Assembly: GCA_017553685.1 (NCBI GenBank)
Contig: JAFZKH010000008.1
Span: forward strand, 3,256-67,255
Length of the DNA stretch: 64,000 nucleotides
Origin: Bacilli bacterium
GTDB lineage: Bacteria; Bacillota_I; Bacilli_A; RF39; UBA660
Reading direction: 5' to 3'
Position numbers and translations under genes: made by a program. Within the stretch, counting starts at the first letter, position 1, and every line of letters starts with the position of its first letter. A model generated the notes under the pieces. The model saw nothing but the letters and a program-made list of their open reading frames with translations, was not told the origin of the DNA and ran no database searches. This document shows positions 25,353 to 35,946 of the stretch, one piece after another.

Positions 25353-25561
25353 TCTTCTTTTTTTTCTTCTTCCTTTACTTCTTTTATAGCATCCACAGGA
25401 CAACTTTGAGATTCTATAAATTCTTTTACTTGTTCTAATTCTTCTTCAGTTATGTTTTCTTTAGCTTCTACTTCAGCTTCATCATTAAAAAATAATATCT
25501 CAGGAAATGAAGCTACACATGAACCACATTTTAAACATCTTTCATTATCTATTTTTATCAT
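25349..25561 (-). CDS. small [4Fe-4S] ferredoxin
   Basis: 70 aa with CLKCGSCVASFPE...SCPVDAI, a single-cluster clostridial-type Fd. RBS GGAGGT. Confidence 0.6.
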   Translation of the reverse strand: MIKIDNERCLKCGSCVASFPEILFFNDEAEVEAKENITEEELEQVKEFIESQSCPVDAIKEVKEEEKKED

Positions 25562-25660
25562 TTTATACCTCCATTAATTTAATTATAATTAATTAAATCT
25601 CATTTGTAAATATTAAAAAAATATAGTATAATTTATATAGTAAAGTAGGTGATTATATGT

Positions 25661-26407
25661 ATGAGTTCTAGAGTTGAAAAATATTCTTCGAATGCTACTA
25701 CTAGTAGTAGACAATCAAGAAATAAACAATTATATGAGGATTTATATAGTGATACTAGCTATTCTAATTCAGTTGTTTTAGATGATTCTAAAACTATAGA
25801 TATAGATAAGATTAGAGAAATACTTGAAAATGAAAAGAAATACCAAGATAAGAAAAAATATAACCCTACAAGTGATTTATATGCCGATTTAGAGAGTATT
25901 TCTACTGATGCTGATATAGATAGGGTATATGATATAAATGAGGTTTTAAAGAGTGCTAAAAGCAGTCGTGATATATTTGAAGATGCAAATGAAAAAAGAA
26001 AGATTCAAAGTAAGTTTTATAGTCATATAGATATAGAAAAAGAACTAGAAAAAACTAAAGATGCTTATGATAAACTTCTTCATGAAGAAACAGAATTACT
26101 AGAACTTATGAATACATTAACTAATGCTACTAAAGAAGATCTAGCAATGTCTATGTTTAGTGATTTAACTGATGAAGCAGTTAAAGGTAATACAGTAGAA
26201 GTTAAACAAATAGAAGATGATAAAACATCTACTGCATATAATTCAAGTACATTTATGTTTGATACTAAAGATTTTGATGATGAAATGCAAGATGAAGCAG
26301 AAGAAATGAAAAAAACTAATACTTTAGCTAAAGTATTAATAATAATATTTGTTATATTATTTTTAGCAGCTGCTGCATTCTTTATTTGGAAATATATTTT
26401 AAAATAG
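25661..26407 (+). CDS. hypothetical protein with C-terminal TM anchor
   Basis: The start ATG at 25661 follows AGGTGA; the track's 25649 start is GTG. The C-terminal helix is VLIIIFVILFLAAAAFFIW. Confidence 0.35.
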   Translation: MSSRVEKYSSNATTSSRQSRNKQLYEDLYSDTSYSNSVVLDDSKTIDIDKIREILENEKKYQDKKKYNPTSDLYADLESISTDADIDRVYDINEVLKSAKSSRDIFEDANEKRKIQSKFYSHIDIEKELEKTKDAYDKLLHEETELLELMNTLTNATKEDLAMSMFSDLTDEAVKGNTVEVKQIEDDKTSTAYNSSTFMFDTKDFDDEMQDEAEEMKKTNTLAKVLIIIFVILFLAAAAFFIWKYILK

Positions 26408-26449
26408 TCTTTTGACTATTTTTTTGTTATAATTAAATTGGTGATATAA

Positions 26450-26722
26450 ATGACAGTAAAAACAGAAAAATTTGAATATGAAATAATTAAAGACTATAGA
26501 GATGCTTTTGATAAAGAAGAATTCTTAAATAGATATACTGATTTCTTTGAAATATATGATTATATAGTAGGAGACTATGCATATGGAAAACTTAGATTAA
26601 AAGGTTTCTATGATGATAAAAATAATAGAGCTTCTAATATAAATAAGTATAGTAATGTAGATAAATATATAGAAGAAAACTGTGCTTATGGATGCAAATA
26701 TTTTATTGCTAAAAAGATGTAA
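26450..26722 (+). CDS. YutD-like (DUF1027) small protein
   Basis: 90 aa. FEIYDYIVGDYAYGKLRLKGFY resembles the YutD family. RBS GGTGA. Confidence 0.4.
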   Translation: MTVKTEKFEYEIIKDYRDAFDKEEFLNRYTDFFEIYDYIVGDYAYGKLRLKGFYDDKNNRASNINKYSNVDKYIEENCAYGCKYFIAKKM

Positions 26723-26759
26723 ACATGTTATAATTTATATAGTAGGTAGGTGTTAATAA

Positions 26760-27629
26760 ATGAATGAAAATTTATTTTATGTTATAAATGAAGATGGAAC
26801 TCCAGTTAATGCTAGAGCATTAATTAAATTTAAATTAAATGATAATGATTATTTAGTATATACATATAATGAAATCAATGAAAATGAAATGATTAAAATA
26901 TATGTTACTGGAATTGAATCTAACTCATACAAAGAAATCTCTAGTGATGATGAATGGAATAATGTTAAAGATGCCTTAAAGGTATTTGCTAAAGATTCTA
27001 GTCCACTAGGAGATAACTTTGTATCAAATATTAAAGTATTAGGAGAAGAAATTTCTATTAGAAAACCAAAGAAACTTTTAGTTTCTCAAAAGTTTGCTAA
27101 TACACTTGCTTCTAAGTATGGAGAAGAACCAGTAGGGGAACCAAAAACTATTGAACCTGCTCCAGTAGTAGAACCTAAAGTTGAAGAAAAAGTAACTGAA
27201 CCAGTTGTTAATAATATATCTGAAAATGAATTAAAACTTGAAAAAACAATCAAGATACCTACATTTGAAGAATTACAAGCTAGATCTAAAACTATTCAAA
27301 ATGCTATGAATTCTGTTACTAAGGAAGAAATTAAAAAGCCAGTAACTGAAGAAAAAACAGTAGTATATGATCAAAAGATTAATAGTAAAGATTATGAAGA
27401 ACAATTCAAGAAAGATGTTGAACCAGTTCTTTTAGATGTATATGCTAAACAACAAAAGAGAATTGAAGAATTAGAAGAAGAACTTTCTAAAACTAAATTT
27501 GATTTATTTGAAAAGCAAAAAGAAGCTTTATCTTTAAATAATGAAAAAGCTGCTCTTCAAGAAGAAATTGATAATGTTAATAAAAAGATGGATGGAATCC
27601 TAAACGTAATTCAAGGAAACAAAGAATAA
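26760..27629 (+). CDS. hypothetical protein: DUF1292-like N-domain, PVEP linker, C-terminal coiled coil
   Basis: The N-terminus (FYVINEDGTPVNARALIKFKLNDNDYLVYTY) resembles DUF1292. It is followed by EPKTIEPAPVVEPKVEE and a heptad-rich C-terminus. Confidence 0.35.
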   Translation: MNENLFYVINEDGTPVNARALIKFKLNDNDYLVYTYNEINENEMIKIYVTGIESNSYKEISSDDEWNNVKDALKVFAKDSSPLGDNFVSNIKVLGEEISIRKPKKLLVSQKFANTLASKYGEEPVGEPKTIEPAPVVEPKVEEKVTEPVVNNISENELKLEKTIKIPTFEELQARSKTIQNAMNSVTKEEIKKPVTEEKTVVYDQKINSKDYEEQFKKDVEPVLLDVYAKQQKRIEELEEELSKTKFDLFEKQKEALSLNNEKAALQEEIDNVNKKMDGILNVIQGNKE

Positions 27630-27716
27630 CTAGTGTAAAAACTAGTTATTTTTTATTGTTATATAAAGAAATAATATGATATAATATAATTAGAATAGAG
27701 AAGTAGGTGTTTAGAT

Positions 27717-28274
27717 ATGAGTGAGGTATTAACTTTAGTTACTCAAATAGATAGTGATAAAGATTTAAGCTTAGAACAAAAGAAGTTTTGGGCTAATATA
27801 ATAGTACAAAAAACTAGTACTAGTGGTAAACAAATATTTGTTTATAAAGATAATCATGATATTGAAGTTGAATTTGAAGATTTAAAAAGAATACATGATG
27901 AAGATTCATATAGAAAGGTACTTAGTGAATTACCTATGGAAAGAGCTAAGGCTGCTACTGAATCAGTTCAACCTGTAGAAATTCCTAAAGCTGAAGCTCC
28001 AGCAACACCAGATATGCTTGTTAATACAGGTTATACTGTAGCAATGGAACCTGTTAATCCAGAAACTAATGTAGAACCTCATGTAGTAGATACTCCTATT
28101 GTACCTGTAACACATGTTCCTCTAAGTACAGGTATGAAGATGACTAAGAAACCTACGTCATTTAATAAAACTAAAGCTAATTCACAAAGTGGATTTGCTG
28201 AGGTAATAGTACTTGGAGTAGTAGTTCTAGTATATATTGCTATTATTGTAAATTTAATAATAAGATTAAAATAA
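27717..28274 (+). CDS. hypothetical tail-anchored protein with PVEP-type linker
   Basis: The C-terminal TM ends ...LIIRLK, the same ending as the 6809-7465 product. The middle is proline-rich. Confidence 0.35.
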   Translation: MSEVLTLVTQIDSDKDLSLEQKKFWANIIVQKTSTSGKQIFVYKDNHDIEVEFEDLKRIHDEDSYRKVLSELPMERAKAATESVQPVEIPKAEAPATPDMLVNTGYTVAMEPVNPETNVEPHVVDTPIVPVTHVPLSTGMKMTKKPTSFNKTKANSQSGFAEVIVLGVVVLVYIAIIVNLIIRLK

Positions 28275-28328
28275 ACATATTTTATATATGTTTTTTTTAT
28301 TGTATAATAAGTTTAAGGAGGTATACTT

Positions 28329-29516
28329 ATGAAAGTATTATCAGTAAATGCAGGATCATCATCTTTAAAATTTAAATGTTATGAAATGCCAGAAGAAAGA
28401 GTACTTGCTTCTGGAGTATTTGAAAGAGTTGGAATATCAGGAAGTTTTTATAGAATAGTTGTTAATGGAGAAAAAAGAGAAAAGAAATGTGATGTATCTG
28501 ATCATAGAGATGCTTTTTCTAAATTAATGAATGAGTTAATTAGATTAAATGTTATTAATTCTTTTGATGAAATAGAAACTGTAGGACATAGAATAGTTCA
28601 AGGAGCAGATCATTATAAATCATCTGTTATAGCAACTGATGAAGTAGTTAAAGATGTACTTGATTTAGCTTCTTTAGCACCTCTTCATAATAAAGCTGCT
28701 GCAATAGGTATAAAGGCTGCAAAAGAGGTTATTAAGAATGCAGTACATGTATGTGTATTTGATACAGCATTTCATCAAACAATTAGCAAAGAAAGATATT
28801 TATATGCTTTACCACTTGATTGGTATACTGAATATCATGTTAGAAAATATGGTGCACATGGAACATCACATAAATATATAACAGAACATATGAAAGAAAA
28901 ATTAGGTTCCAATAAGAGACTTATTATATGTCATATAGGATCTGGTGGATCTATATCTGCTGTTAAAGATGGTAAATGTATAGATACTTCTATGGGATTT
29001 ACTCCTAATGCAGGTTTAATTATGGGTTCTAGATGTGGAGATATAGATGTATCTATAATTCCATATATTATGAGTAAAAAGAAATATACTAAAGATGATA
29101 TAGCTATGCTTATAAATAAAGAAAGTGGTCTACTAGGTTTAACTGGTGAATCAGATATGAGAGATGTTAGAAAACTAGCTGATGAAGGATCTGAACTTGC
29201 TAGAACTGCCCTAAATATGTATGTAGATAGAATTGTAGATTATATAGCTAAATATTATTTTGAATTAAAGGGAGTAGATGCTATTGTTTTAACTGCAGGA
29301 GTAGGAGAAAATAATGCTGCTACTAGAAAAGAAATACTAGAAAAACTTGACTTTTTAGGTATAAAAATAGATAATAGTGCAAACGAAGAAATTCTAGGGT
29401 ATAAAGATATACATGAAGGAGTAATAACTACTGAAGATTCATCTATTCCAGTATATGTAGTTCCTACAGATGAAGAAGTAATGATTGGAAGAGATGCCTA
29501 TGAATTTGCTAAATAG
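28329..29516 (+). CDS. ackA: acetate kinase
   Basis: The N-terminus VLSVNAGSSSLKFK gives the acetate/propionate-kinase family signature. Length 395 aa. RBS AAGGAGG. Confidence 0.8.
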   Translation: MKVLSVNAGSSSLKFKCYEMPEERVLASGVFERVGISGSFYRIVVNGEKREKKCDVSDHRDAFSKLMNELIRLNVINSFDEIETVGHRIVQGADHYKSSVIATDEVVKDVLDLASLAPLHNKAAAIGIKAAKEVIKNAVHVCVFDTAFHQTISKERYLYALPLDWYTEYHVRKYGAHGTSHKYITEHMKEKLGSNKRLIICHIGSGGSISAVKDGKCIDTSMGFTPNAGLIMGSRCGDIDVSIIPYIMSKKKYTKDDIAMLINKESGLLGLTGESDMRDVRKLADEGSELARTALNMYVDRIVDYIAKYYFELKGVDAIVLTAGVGENNAATRKEILEKLDFLGIKIDNSANEEILGYKDIHEGVITTEDSSIPVYVVPTDEEVMIGRDAYEFAK

Positions 29517-29529
29517 AAAAGAGAATAAA

Positions 29530-30486
29530 ATGAAAAAAGAAATACTAAAAAAGATAGAGGAGTTTGATACTATTGTTATAGCAAGACATATAGGAGCTGA
29601 TCCTGATGCTCTTGGTTCTTCTTTAGGTTTAAAAGATTTAATATTAGATAATTATCCTAAAAAGAAAGTATATACTATTGGAGTATATGCTTCTAAATTT
29701 AAATTTATGGGTAAATTAGATAATATAGATAACTTAGATGTATCAAATGCATTATTATTTGTACTTGATACTCCAAATCTAATAAGAATAGATGGTATAA
29801 ATAATATAAAAGATTTTAAATATGTTATTAAAATAGACCATCACCCAACAATAGATAAGTTTGGAGATATATCTTGGGTAGAACCTGAAACTTCATCAGT
29901 ATGCCAAATGATATTAGATTTTGCATACTCAAATAACTTAAAAGTTAAGAAAGAAGCAGCAGAAAAGTTCTTTACAGGAATAGTATCTGATACAGGAAGA
30001 TTCCTTTATGATTATACAACTCCAAAAACATATGAATTAATAGGTAGATTATTAATAGAAAATAAAATAGATACATCTGAAATATATTCTAAGATATATT
30101 CAAGATCATTAGATGAAGTAAGACTTCAAGGTTATATAGAAGAAAATATGACTGTTACTGATAATGGATTTGCATATATAATTCTTACTGATGATATTAT
30201 TAAGAAATATGGTGATGATACATCATATCCTGGTGATATAGTTAGTAATTTAAATAATATTAATGAAGTATTAGTATGGTCTATATTTACTTATGATGTT
30301 AAAAATAACTTAATAAAAGTAAATGTTAGAAGTAGAGGACCTGTTATTAGTAAAGTATTAGAGTCTTATGGTGGAGGAGGACATGCTCTTGCATCAGGTG
30401 TTAGATTAAAAGATGATTCTAATGTTAAAAATATTATAAAAGACTTAGATAAAGTATGTGAAAAATATAATAAAGCAAATGAGTAA
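29530..30486 (+). CDS. nrnA: DHH-family phosphoesterase NrnA (bifunctional oligoribonuclease/pAp phosphatase)
   Basis: DHH motifs are present (IARHIGADPDALGS; DHH..; DHH1-associated GGGH C-terminal GGGGHALASG). Confidence 0.7.
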   Translation: MKKEILKKIEEFDTIVIARHIGADPDALGSSLGLKDLILDNYPKKKVYTIGVYASKFKFMGKLDNIDNLDVSNALLFVLDTPNLIRIDGINNIKDFKYVIKIDHHPTIDKFGDISWVEPETSSVCQMILDFAYSNNLKVKKEAAEKFFTGIVSDTGRFLYDYTTPKTYELIGRLLIENKIDTSEIYSKIYSRSLDEVRLQGYIEENMTVTDNGFAYIILTDDIIKKYGDDTSYPGDIVSNLNNINEVLVWSIFTYDVKNNLIKVNVRSRGPVISKVLESYGGGGHALASGVRLKDDSNVKNIIKDLDKVCEKYNKANE

Positions 30487-30537
30487 TTTGCTTTATTTTT
30501 CATTATTTGATATAATTATTGCACGCAGGAGATTAGT

Positions 30538-31131
30538 ATGAAAATTATTAGTGTATCTGAGCCGATAGTGGCTGTTAGACAAAGTCAATATCCAGATGAT
30601 AAGAAACCTGAATTTTTATTAGTAGGAAGAAGTAATGTAGGGAAGAGTAGTTTTATCAATTCTATTGTGGAAAGAAAAGATATTGCAAGAGTATCTTCTA
30701 ATCCTGGTAAAACTCAAACATTAAATTTCTACAGTATTAATAATGATTTCTATATTGTTGATGTTCCTGGTTATGGATATGCAAATGTATCTAAGGAAAT
30801 GCAACAAAAATTTGGATTAATGATTGAAGAATATTTAGCAAATAGGGATAATTTAGAAAGAGTATATATGCTTGTAGATTTTAGAATTAAACCAACTAAT
30901 GATGATATGCTTATGTACAATTTCTTAAAGTATCATAATTTACCTGTTACTATAGTTATGACTAAAGTAGATAAGGTATCAAGAAATGATAGAGATAAAA
31001 ATCTAAATCTTATTAAGAATACATTAAATGTATTTGAAGAAGATAATATGGTATTATTCTCTGCTAAGACTAAACTTGGTAAGAGTGAAATACATAATGA
31101 ACTAGAAAAAATAGTTTATAATAAAGAATAG
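30538..31131 (+). CDS. engB: ribosome biogenesis GTPase YihA/EngB
   Basis: G1 GRSNVGKSS, G3 DVPGYG, G4 TKVDK. Length 197 aa. Confidence 0.85.
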   Translation: MKIISVSEPIVAVRQSQYPDDKKPEFLLVGRSNVGKSSFINSIVERKDIARVSSNPGKTQTLNFYSINNDFYIVDVPGYGYANVSKEMQQKFGLMIEEYLANRDNLERVYMLVDFRIKPTNDDMLMYNFLKYHNLPVTIVMTKVDKVSRNDRDKNLNLIKNTLNVFEEDNMVLFSAKTKLGKSEIHNELEKIVYNKE

Positions 31132-31168
31132 TTTCTATTCTTTTTTTGAGTATAAGAAGGTGAAGTAT

Positions 31169-32479
31169 ATGAAATTACCAACTGTTGCATTAGTAGGTAG
31201 ACCTAATGTAGGTAAATCAACTATATTTAATAGACTTATGGGTAAAAAGATATCTATTATAGAAGATACTCCAGGTGTTACTAGAGATAGAATTTATGGA
31301 GTAGGTCATTATGGAGACTATAAGTTTAATGTTATAGATACTGGTGGTATAGATTTATCTAATGAAAAGTTTAATGAACAAATTAAAATGCAAGCTGAAC
31401 TAGCTATAGATGAATCAGATGTAGTTATATTTGTTGTAGATGGTATAGAAGGTATTAATGCTAATGACTTAGAAGTTAGAAATATACTATATAGATCTAA
31501 TAAAAAAGTTATAGTAGCTGTTAATAAAATGGATGCTAAAGCATCTAAAGATAATCTATATGATTTCTATGAACTTGGATTTGAAAAAGTAATAGGTATT
31601 AGTGCTGAACATGGTACTGGATTTGATACTTTATTTAAAGAAGTAGTATCTGATTTTAATGAACAAGATAATTTTGAATGGGATGAAGACAAGATTAAGT
31701 TCTGCGTAATAGGTAGACCTAATGTTGGTAAGAGTTCTTTAGTTAATGCTATACTTCATGAAGAAAGAGTTATTGTTTCTTCAGAAGCTGGTACAACAAG
31801 AGATTCAATAGATACTCCATTTAATTATGATAAAAAAGAATATATTATAATTGATACTGCTGGTATGAGAAAAAAAGGTAAAATATATGAAGATGTTGAA
31901 AAATATAGTTTACTTAGAGCAATGAAATCAATTGTTAGATCAGATGTATGTGCATTAGTTATTAATGCTGAGGAAGGAATAATAGAACATGATAAACATA
32001 TTGCTTCTTATGCATTAGATGAAGGTAAACCACTTGTTATAGTAGTTAATAAAATAGATGCAGTACCTGATTTTGATAAAAAAGAGTTTGAAAAGAAAAT
32101 AAGAGCAGAATTCCAATTCTTATCTTATATTCCTATAGTATATCTAAGTGCATTAAAGGGAACTAGATTACATACTTTAATGCCAGAAATAATTAAAGTA
32201 TATGAAAACTCTAGAAAAGAACTTAAAACAAGTATATTAAATAATGTTATTAGAGATGCTTATGATAGTAATATACCTCCTTCATTTAAAGGAAGAAGAT
32301 TAAAGATTTACTATTGTACTCAAACAGGAGTAGCTCCTATTAGAATAGATATGTTTGTTAATGATAAGAGATTAATTCATTTCTCATATTTAAGATATTT
32401 AGAGAATCAATTAAGAGCAAATTTTGATTTGGAGGGTACTCCAATCGAATTTAACTTTAAAAATAGATCGGAAGAGTAA
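31169..32479 (+). CDS. der: ribosome biogenesis GTPase Der (EngA), two tandem GTPase domains + KH-like C-terminus
   Basis: GRPNVGKST and GRPNVGKSS P-loops. The start ATG at 31169 follows AGAAGGTGA; the track's 31160 start is GTG. Confidence 0.9.
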   Translation: MKLPTVALVGRPNVGKSTIFNRLMGKKISIIEDTPGVTRDRIYGVGHYGDYKFNVIDTGGIDLSNEKFNEQIKMQAELAIDESDVVIFVVDGIEGINANDLEVRNILYRSNKKVIVAVNKMDAKASKDNLYDFYELGFEKVIGISAEHGTGFDTLFKEVVSDFNEQDNFEWDEDKIKFCVIGRPNVGKSSLVNAILHEERVIVSSEAGTTRDSIDTPFNYDKKEYIIIDTAGMRKKGKIYEDVEKYSLLRAMKSIVRSDVCALVINAEEGIIEHDKHIASYALDEGKPLVIVVNKIDAVPDFDKKEFEKKIRAEFQFLSYIPIVYLSALKGTRLHTLMPEIIKVYENSRKELKTSILNNVIRDAYDSNIPPSFKGRRLKIYYCTQTGVAPIRIDMFVNDKRLIHFSYLRYLENQLRANFDLEGTPIEFNFKNRSEE

Positions 32480-32483
32480 TAAA

Positions 32484-32516
32484 ACAACCAAAAATGGTTG
32501 TTTTTTTCTTTAAAAA
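32484..32516 (+). terminator. rho-independent terminator
   Basis: AACAACCA aaaa TGGTTGTT followed by TTTTT. Confidence 0.6.
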
Positions 32517-32551
32517 ATGTTATTATTATTACATAATAAGGGAGAATAAAA

Positions 32552-32860
32552 ATGGATAGAGAGTTAGAAACTTTTAAAGTTATTGACGAAAAAGGAAATG
32601 AACTTGTAGCAACAGTTGTAACTAGACTTGAAATCAAAGGAACTGATAAAAAGTATTTAATATATTCTATAGATGATGTTGAAGATACTAGAGATGTTCC
32701 TGAAGAGGAAAAGAAAGTTTTTATTATGGCTGCAAGAATAGACGTTGATGAAAATGGTAATGAAAAACTATTCAATTTAACTGATGAGGCAGAAAAGAAA
32801 ACTGTCTATAATGCATTTGCAGAAAGTTATAAAGAATTAGTTAGTGCCAATAAAGAGTAG
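32552..32860 (+). CDS. DUF1292 family protein
   Basis: 102 aa, with FKVIDEKGNELVATVVTRLEIKGTDKKYLIYS...DENGNEKLFNLTDEAEKKTVYNAF. Confidence 0.5.
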   Translation: MDRELETFKVIDEKGNELVATVVTRLEIKGTDKKYLIYSIDDVEDTRDVPEEEKKVFIMAARIDVDENGNEKLFNLTDEAEKKTVYNAFAESYKELVSANKE

Positions 32861-32869
32861 GAGGTTATT

Positions 32870-33973
32870 ATGGAAATTTTAGATGAAGTTGTAAATGAAG
32901 AAAAAGATGTAGAAAAAATATTTGATGATGCTCCTGTATATGTTTTAGAATCTTCTATTCCAGATGTTCTTGCTTTAAATGAATTAAAAAAACAAATTGA
33001 AGAAAAAGATAAAGAAAAAAAAGAACAAGAAGATGAAATAGCAAAAGATGAAGAACAAAGAAATGCTCTTGTTGAACAAATTGGTATTATAAACAATGGT
33101 CAACATATTAATAAAGTAAGAACTAATCTTACAGAATTAAGAGCATTAGATGAAAAGCTATTTACTGAAAGAGCACAAGTAGAAGATATATATGGTGCTC
33201 TTAATGATCTAAATGATGATTATAATTCATTAGATGAGAGCACTAGAGAAATGGTTAATAAGATGACTGCTGAATATAATGATTTAACTGATCGTTATCA
33301 TGATGCTGTTGAATCTTATACAGCAAATGCAAACTTTAGTTATTATCAATTAGCTTTAGATATAGCAGATGAATTAAATACATATAAAGTATTTGAAAAC
33401 TTTGATGCTATTCTAGAAGGTAAAGAATTAGATGAAGATAAAGAAGAAAAGACTGAAGAAAAAGATGAAAATGTAGAAGAAACTCCAGTTGAAGAACCTG
33501 TTCAAGAAAAGGAAGAAGAAACTGAATTATCAGAAGTTAAAGTAGATGCTCTTCCTGAAGCTGAAGCTCCAGTAGAAGAAAAATCTGAAGAAGTTGCTCC
33601 AGTTGAAGAAACTCCAATTCCTCAAGAAGAAGATAAAATTGAAATGCCTTCATTTGAAGAATTAATGGCAAAAGCTAAAGAAGCTGAGCAACAAGCTGTT
33701 CAAGAAGAAAAAGCAGAAGTAACTCCAATAGTAGAAAATAAACCTGAAGAAGTTGCTCCTGTACAAGATGCACCTGTTGTTGAAACTCCAGCTGCAGAAG
33801 CTCCAGTTGCGGAAACTCCTGAAGTAAAGAAAGATGCTGAGTTAAAAATAGAAATATTAACTAGTAAAAATGATAAAATTGCAGAAACAGATCGTGCTAA
33901 AGTAACAGGTATTGAAGAAGTATTTTCTAAAAAACCTGCAGTACAAGATAAAACATTAGTGTATGCAGCATAA
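32870..33973 (+). CDS. hypothetical acidic coiled-coil protein with PVEP/AEAP repeats
   Basis: 367 aa, E/K/D-rich. It contains repeated ...EEVAPV(E/Q)..P... segments. Confidence 0.35.
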   Translation: MEILDEVVNEEKDVEKIFDDAPVYVLESSIPDVLALNELKKQIEEKDKEKKEQEDEIAKDEEQRNALVEQIGIINNGQHINKVRTNLTELRALDEKLFTERAQVEDIYGALNDLNDDYNSLDESTREMVNKMTAEYNDLTDRYHDAVESYTANANFSYYQLALDIADELNTYKVFENFDAILEGKELDEDKEEKTEEKDENVEETPVEEPVQEKEEETELSEVKVDALPEAEAPVEEKSEEVAPVEETPIPQEEDKIEMPSFEELMAKAKEAEQQAVQEEKAEVTPIVENKPEEVAPVQDAPVVETPAAEAPVAETPEVKKDAELKIEILTSKNDKIAETDRAKVTGIEEVFSKKPAVQDKTLVYAA

Positions 33974-34092
33974 AAAATGTGTTAAAAAACACATTTTTTT
34001 TCTTTAAAATGTTGATTTTTCAACAAAAAAATGGTATATTTAACTTGTAAGCATAGATGTGCTTATGATTTCAAAATAGGAGGAATTTGAAT

Positions 34093-34368
34093 ATGAACAA
34101 ATCAGAAATCGTAGAAGCAATTGCTAAGGAAGCTGGAATTACTAAAGCTGACGCTGAAAGAGCTTTAAATGCATTCCAAACAGTTGTTGCAAAAGCATTA
34201 AAAGGTGGTAAAAAAATTACTTTAACAGGTTTTGGTACTTATGCAGTATCAACTAGAAAAGCTAGAAATGGTAGAAATCCAAGAACTGGTGCTACAGTTA
34301 AGATTCCTGCAAGAAAAGCTGTTACATTTAAAGTTGGTTCTAAATTAAAAGACGCTGTTAATAAATAA
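34093..34368 (+). CDS. hup: DNA-binding protein HU
   Basis: MNKSEIVEAIAKEAGITKADAERALNAF...GFGTYAVSTRKARNGRNPRTG. AGGAGG lies 10 nt upstream of the ATG at 34093. Confidence 0.9.
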   Translation: MNKSEIVEAIAKEAGITKADAERALNAFQTVVAKALKGGKKITLTGFGTYAVSTRKARNGRNPRTGATVKIPARKAVTFKVGSKLKDAVNK

Positions 34369-34429
34369 TAAAAGAAAAGGCATTTTATAAATGTCTTTTT
34401 TAGTGCTATAATATTTATATGGTGATACT

Positions 34430-35218
34430 ATGTATGAATTAGGATTAGAAATATTAAGTATATTATTTCAACATAAGTTTGAATCTTATATAGTTGGTGG
34501 TTTTCCTAGAGATATGTATTTAGGAATAGAAAGTGATGATATAGATATTACAACTAATGCTAGTTTAGAAGATTTACAAAAGATATTTAATAATATAAAA
34601 GAAAATGGTTTTATGTCATATATTCTTGAATATAAAGAACATATATTTCAAATAACTACATTTAGAAAAGATACTTCTTATATGGATAATAGAAAACCTG
34701 ATATTCAAGAAAGAGTAGATACAATAGAAGAAGATCTTCAAAGAAGAGACTTTATTATTAATACACTATGCATTAATAGAAATGGTAAATATGTTGATTT
34801 ACTTGGTGCTAAAGAAGATATAGATAATAAGATTATAAGAACTGTTAAAGAACCTAATATATCTTTTAGAGAAGATGCTCTTAGAATGCTTAGATGTATT
34901 AGATTTTCATCAATACTTGGTTTTACTATAGATGAAAATACTAAGAAAGCTATTATAGCTAATAAAGAGTTAATTAAAGGTTTATCTTTCTTTAGAAAGA
35001 AACAAGAACTGGATAAAATATTCTCTGATATTAATTATCAAAGAGGTTTAGATTTAATTAAAGAACTAGACCTTGAAGAGGTATTATCTATAAAAATAGG
35101 TAATAATATATATGCAGATGATTATTTAAATGTATGGTCTAATATAGAATTCTCAGATGAATATCCATTTACTAGAAAAGAAAAGGCTGTAATAGAGTTA
35201 TATAGACAATCTAACTAA
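34430..35218 (+). CDS. short nucleotidyltransferase with poly(A) polymerase/CCA-adding-enzyme head domain only (262 aa)
   Basis: The GGFPRDMYLGIESDDIDITT signature of class-II tRNA nucleotidyltransferase/PcnB head domains is present. The protein is too short to include the usual body/tail domains. Confidence 0.5.
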   Translation: MYELGLEILSILFQHKFESYIVGGFPRDMYLGIESDDIDITTNASLEDLQKIFNNIKENGFMSYILEYKEHIFQITTFRKDTSYMDNRKPDIQERVDTIEEDLQRRDFIINTLCINRNGKYVDLLGAKEDIDNKIIRTVKEPNISFREDALRMLRCIRFSSILGFTIDENTKKAIIANKELIKGLSFFRKKQELDKIFSDINYQRGLDLIKELDLEEVLSIKIGNNIYADDYLNVWSNIEFSDEYPFTRKEKAVIELYRQSN

Positions 35219-35252
35219 TAATAGTATATAATGTAAAAAAGGAGGGTTTAAT

Positions 35253-35882
35253 ATGAATAAGTTACTAAAAGAAGCTTTAAAAGTTAATGGTAATATAATT
35301 ATTCCTGATTACTTATTAAAATATAGAAATGAACTTAATCTTGAAATGGATGAGTTTATTTTGCTGGTTTATTTAATTAATCAAAAAGATTTAGTAATGT
35401 TTGATGTTAATGATTTATCCTCTAAATTATATATAGAAAGTAATAGAGTATTAGAATTAATTAGTTCTCTTAATGAAAAGAATTATATATCTATTGAAAT
35501 GAAGAAAACAAATGGTGTTATTGAAGAATATATTTCAACAGATTTATTCTTTAATAAAATAGAAAGTATGGTTATATCTACTTCTGATAATGAAAGTAAT
35601 AATGATATATATTCAATATTTGAATCAGAATTCGGAAGAACTCTAAGTCCTACTGAAACTCAAATAATTAGTAATTGGATAGAAAGTGATATTCCAGAAG
35701 AATTAATAAAAGAAGCTCTAAAAGAAGCTATATTATCTGGTGTTCATAATATGAGATATATAGATAAGATATTATTTGAATGGACTAAAAAAGGTTATAA
35801 AGAAGTTAGTGATATAAAAAGAAAACCTGAAAAAGAAGAAACCATTGAAGAAATATATGATTATGATTGGTTAAATGAATAG
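35253..35882 (+). CDS. DnaD-domain replication initiation/membrane attachment protein
   Basis: C-terminal DnaD/DnaB-2 motif (FGRTLSPTETQIISNWIESD...YIDKILFEWTKKG). RBS AGGAGGG. Confidence 0.6.
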   Translation: MNKLLKEALKVNGNIIIPDYLLKYRNELNLEMDEFILLVYLINQKDLVMFDVNDLSSKLYIESNRVLELISSLNEKNYISIEMKKTNGVIEEYISTDLFFNKIESMVISTSDNESNNDIYSIFESEFGRTLSPTETQIISNWIESDIPEELIKEALKEAILSGVHNMRYIDKILFEWTKKGYKEVSDIKRKPEKEETIEEIYDYDWLNE

Positions 35883-35946
35883 AGGATATCCTCTATTTTT
35901 TTAATTGAAATAATAATAAATTTATTCTATAATATAGGTATAGTAG

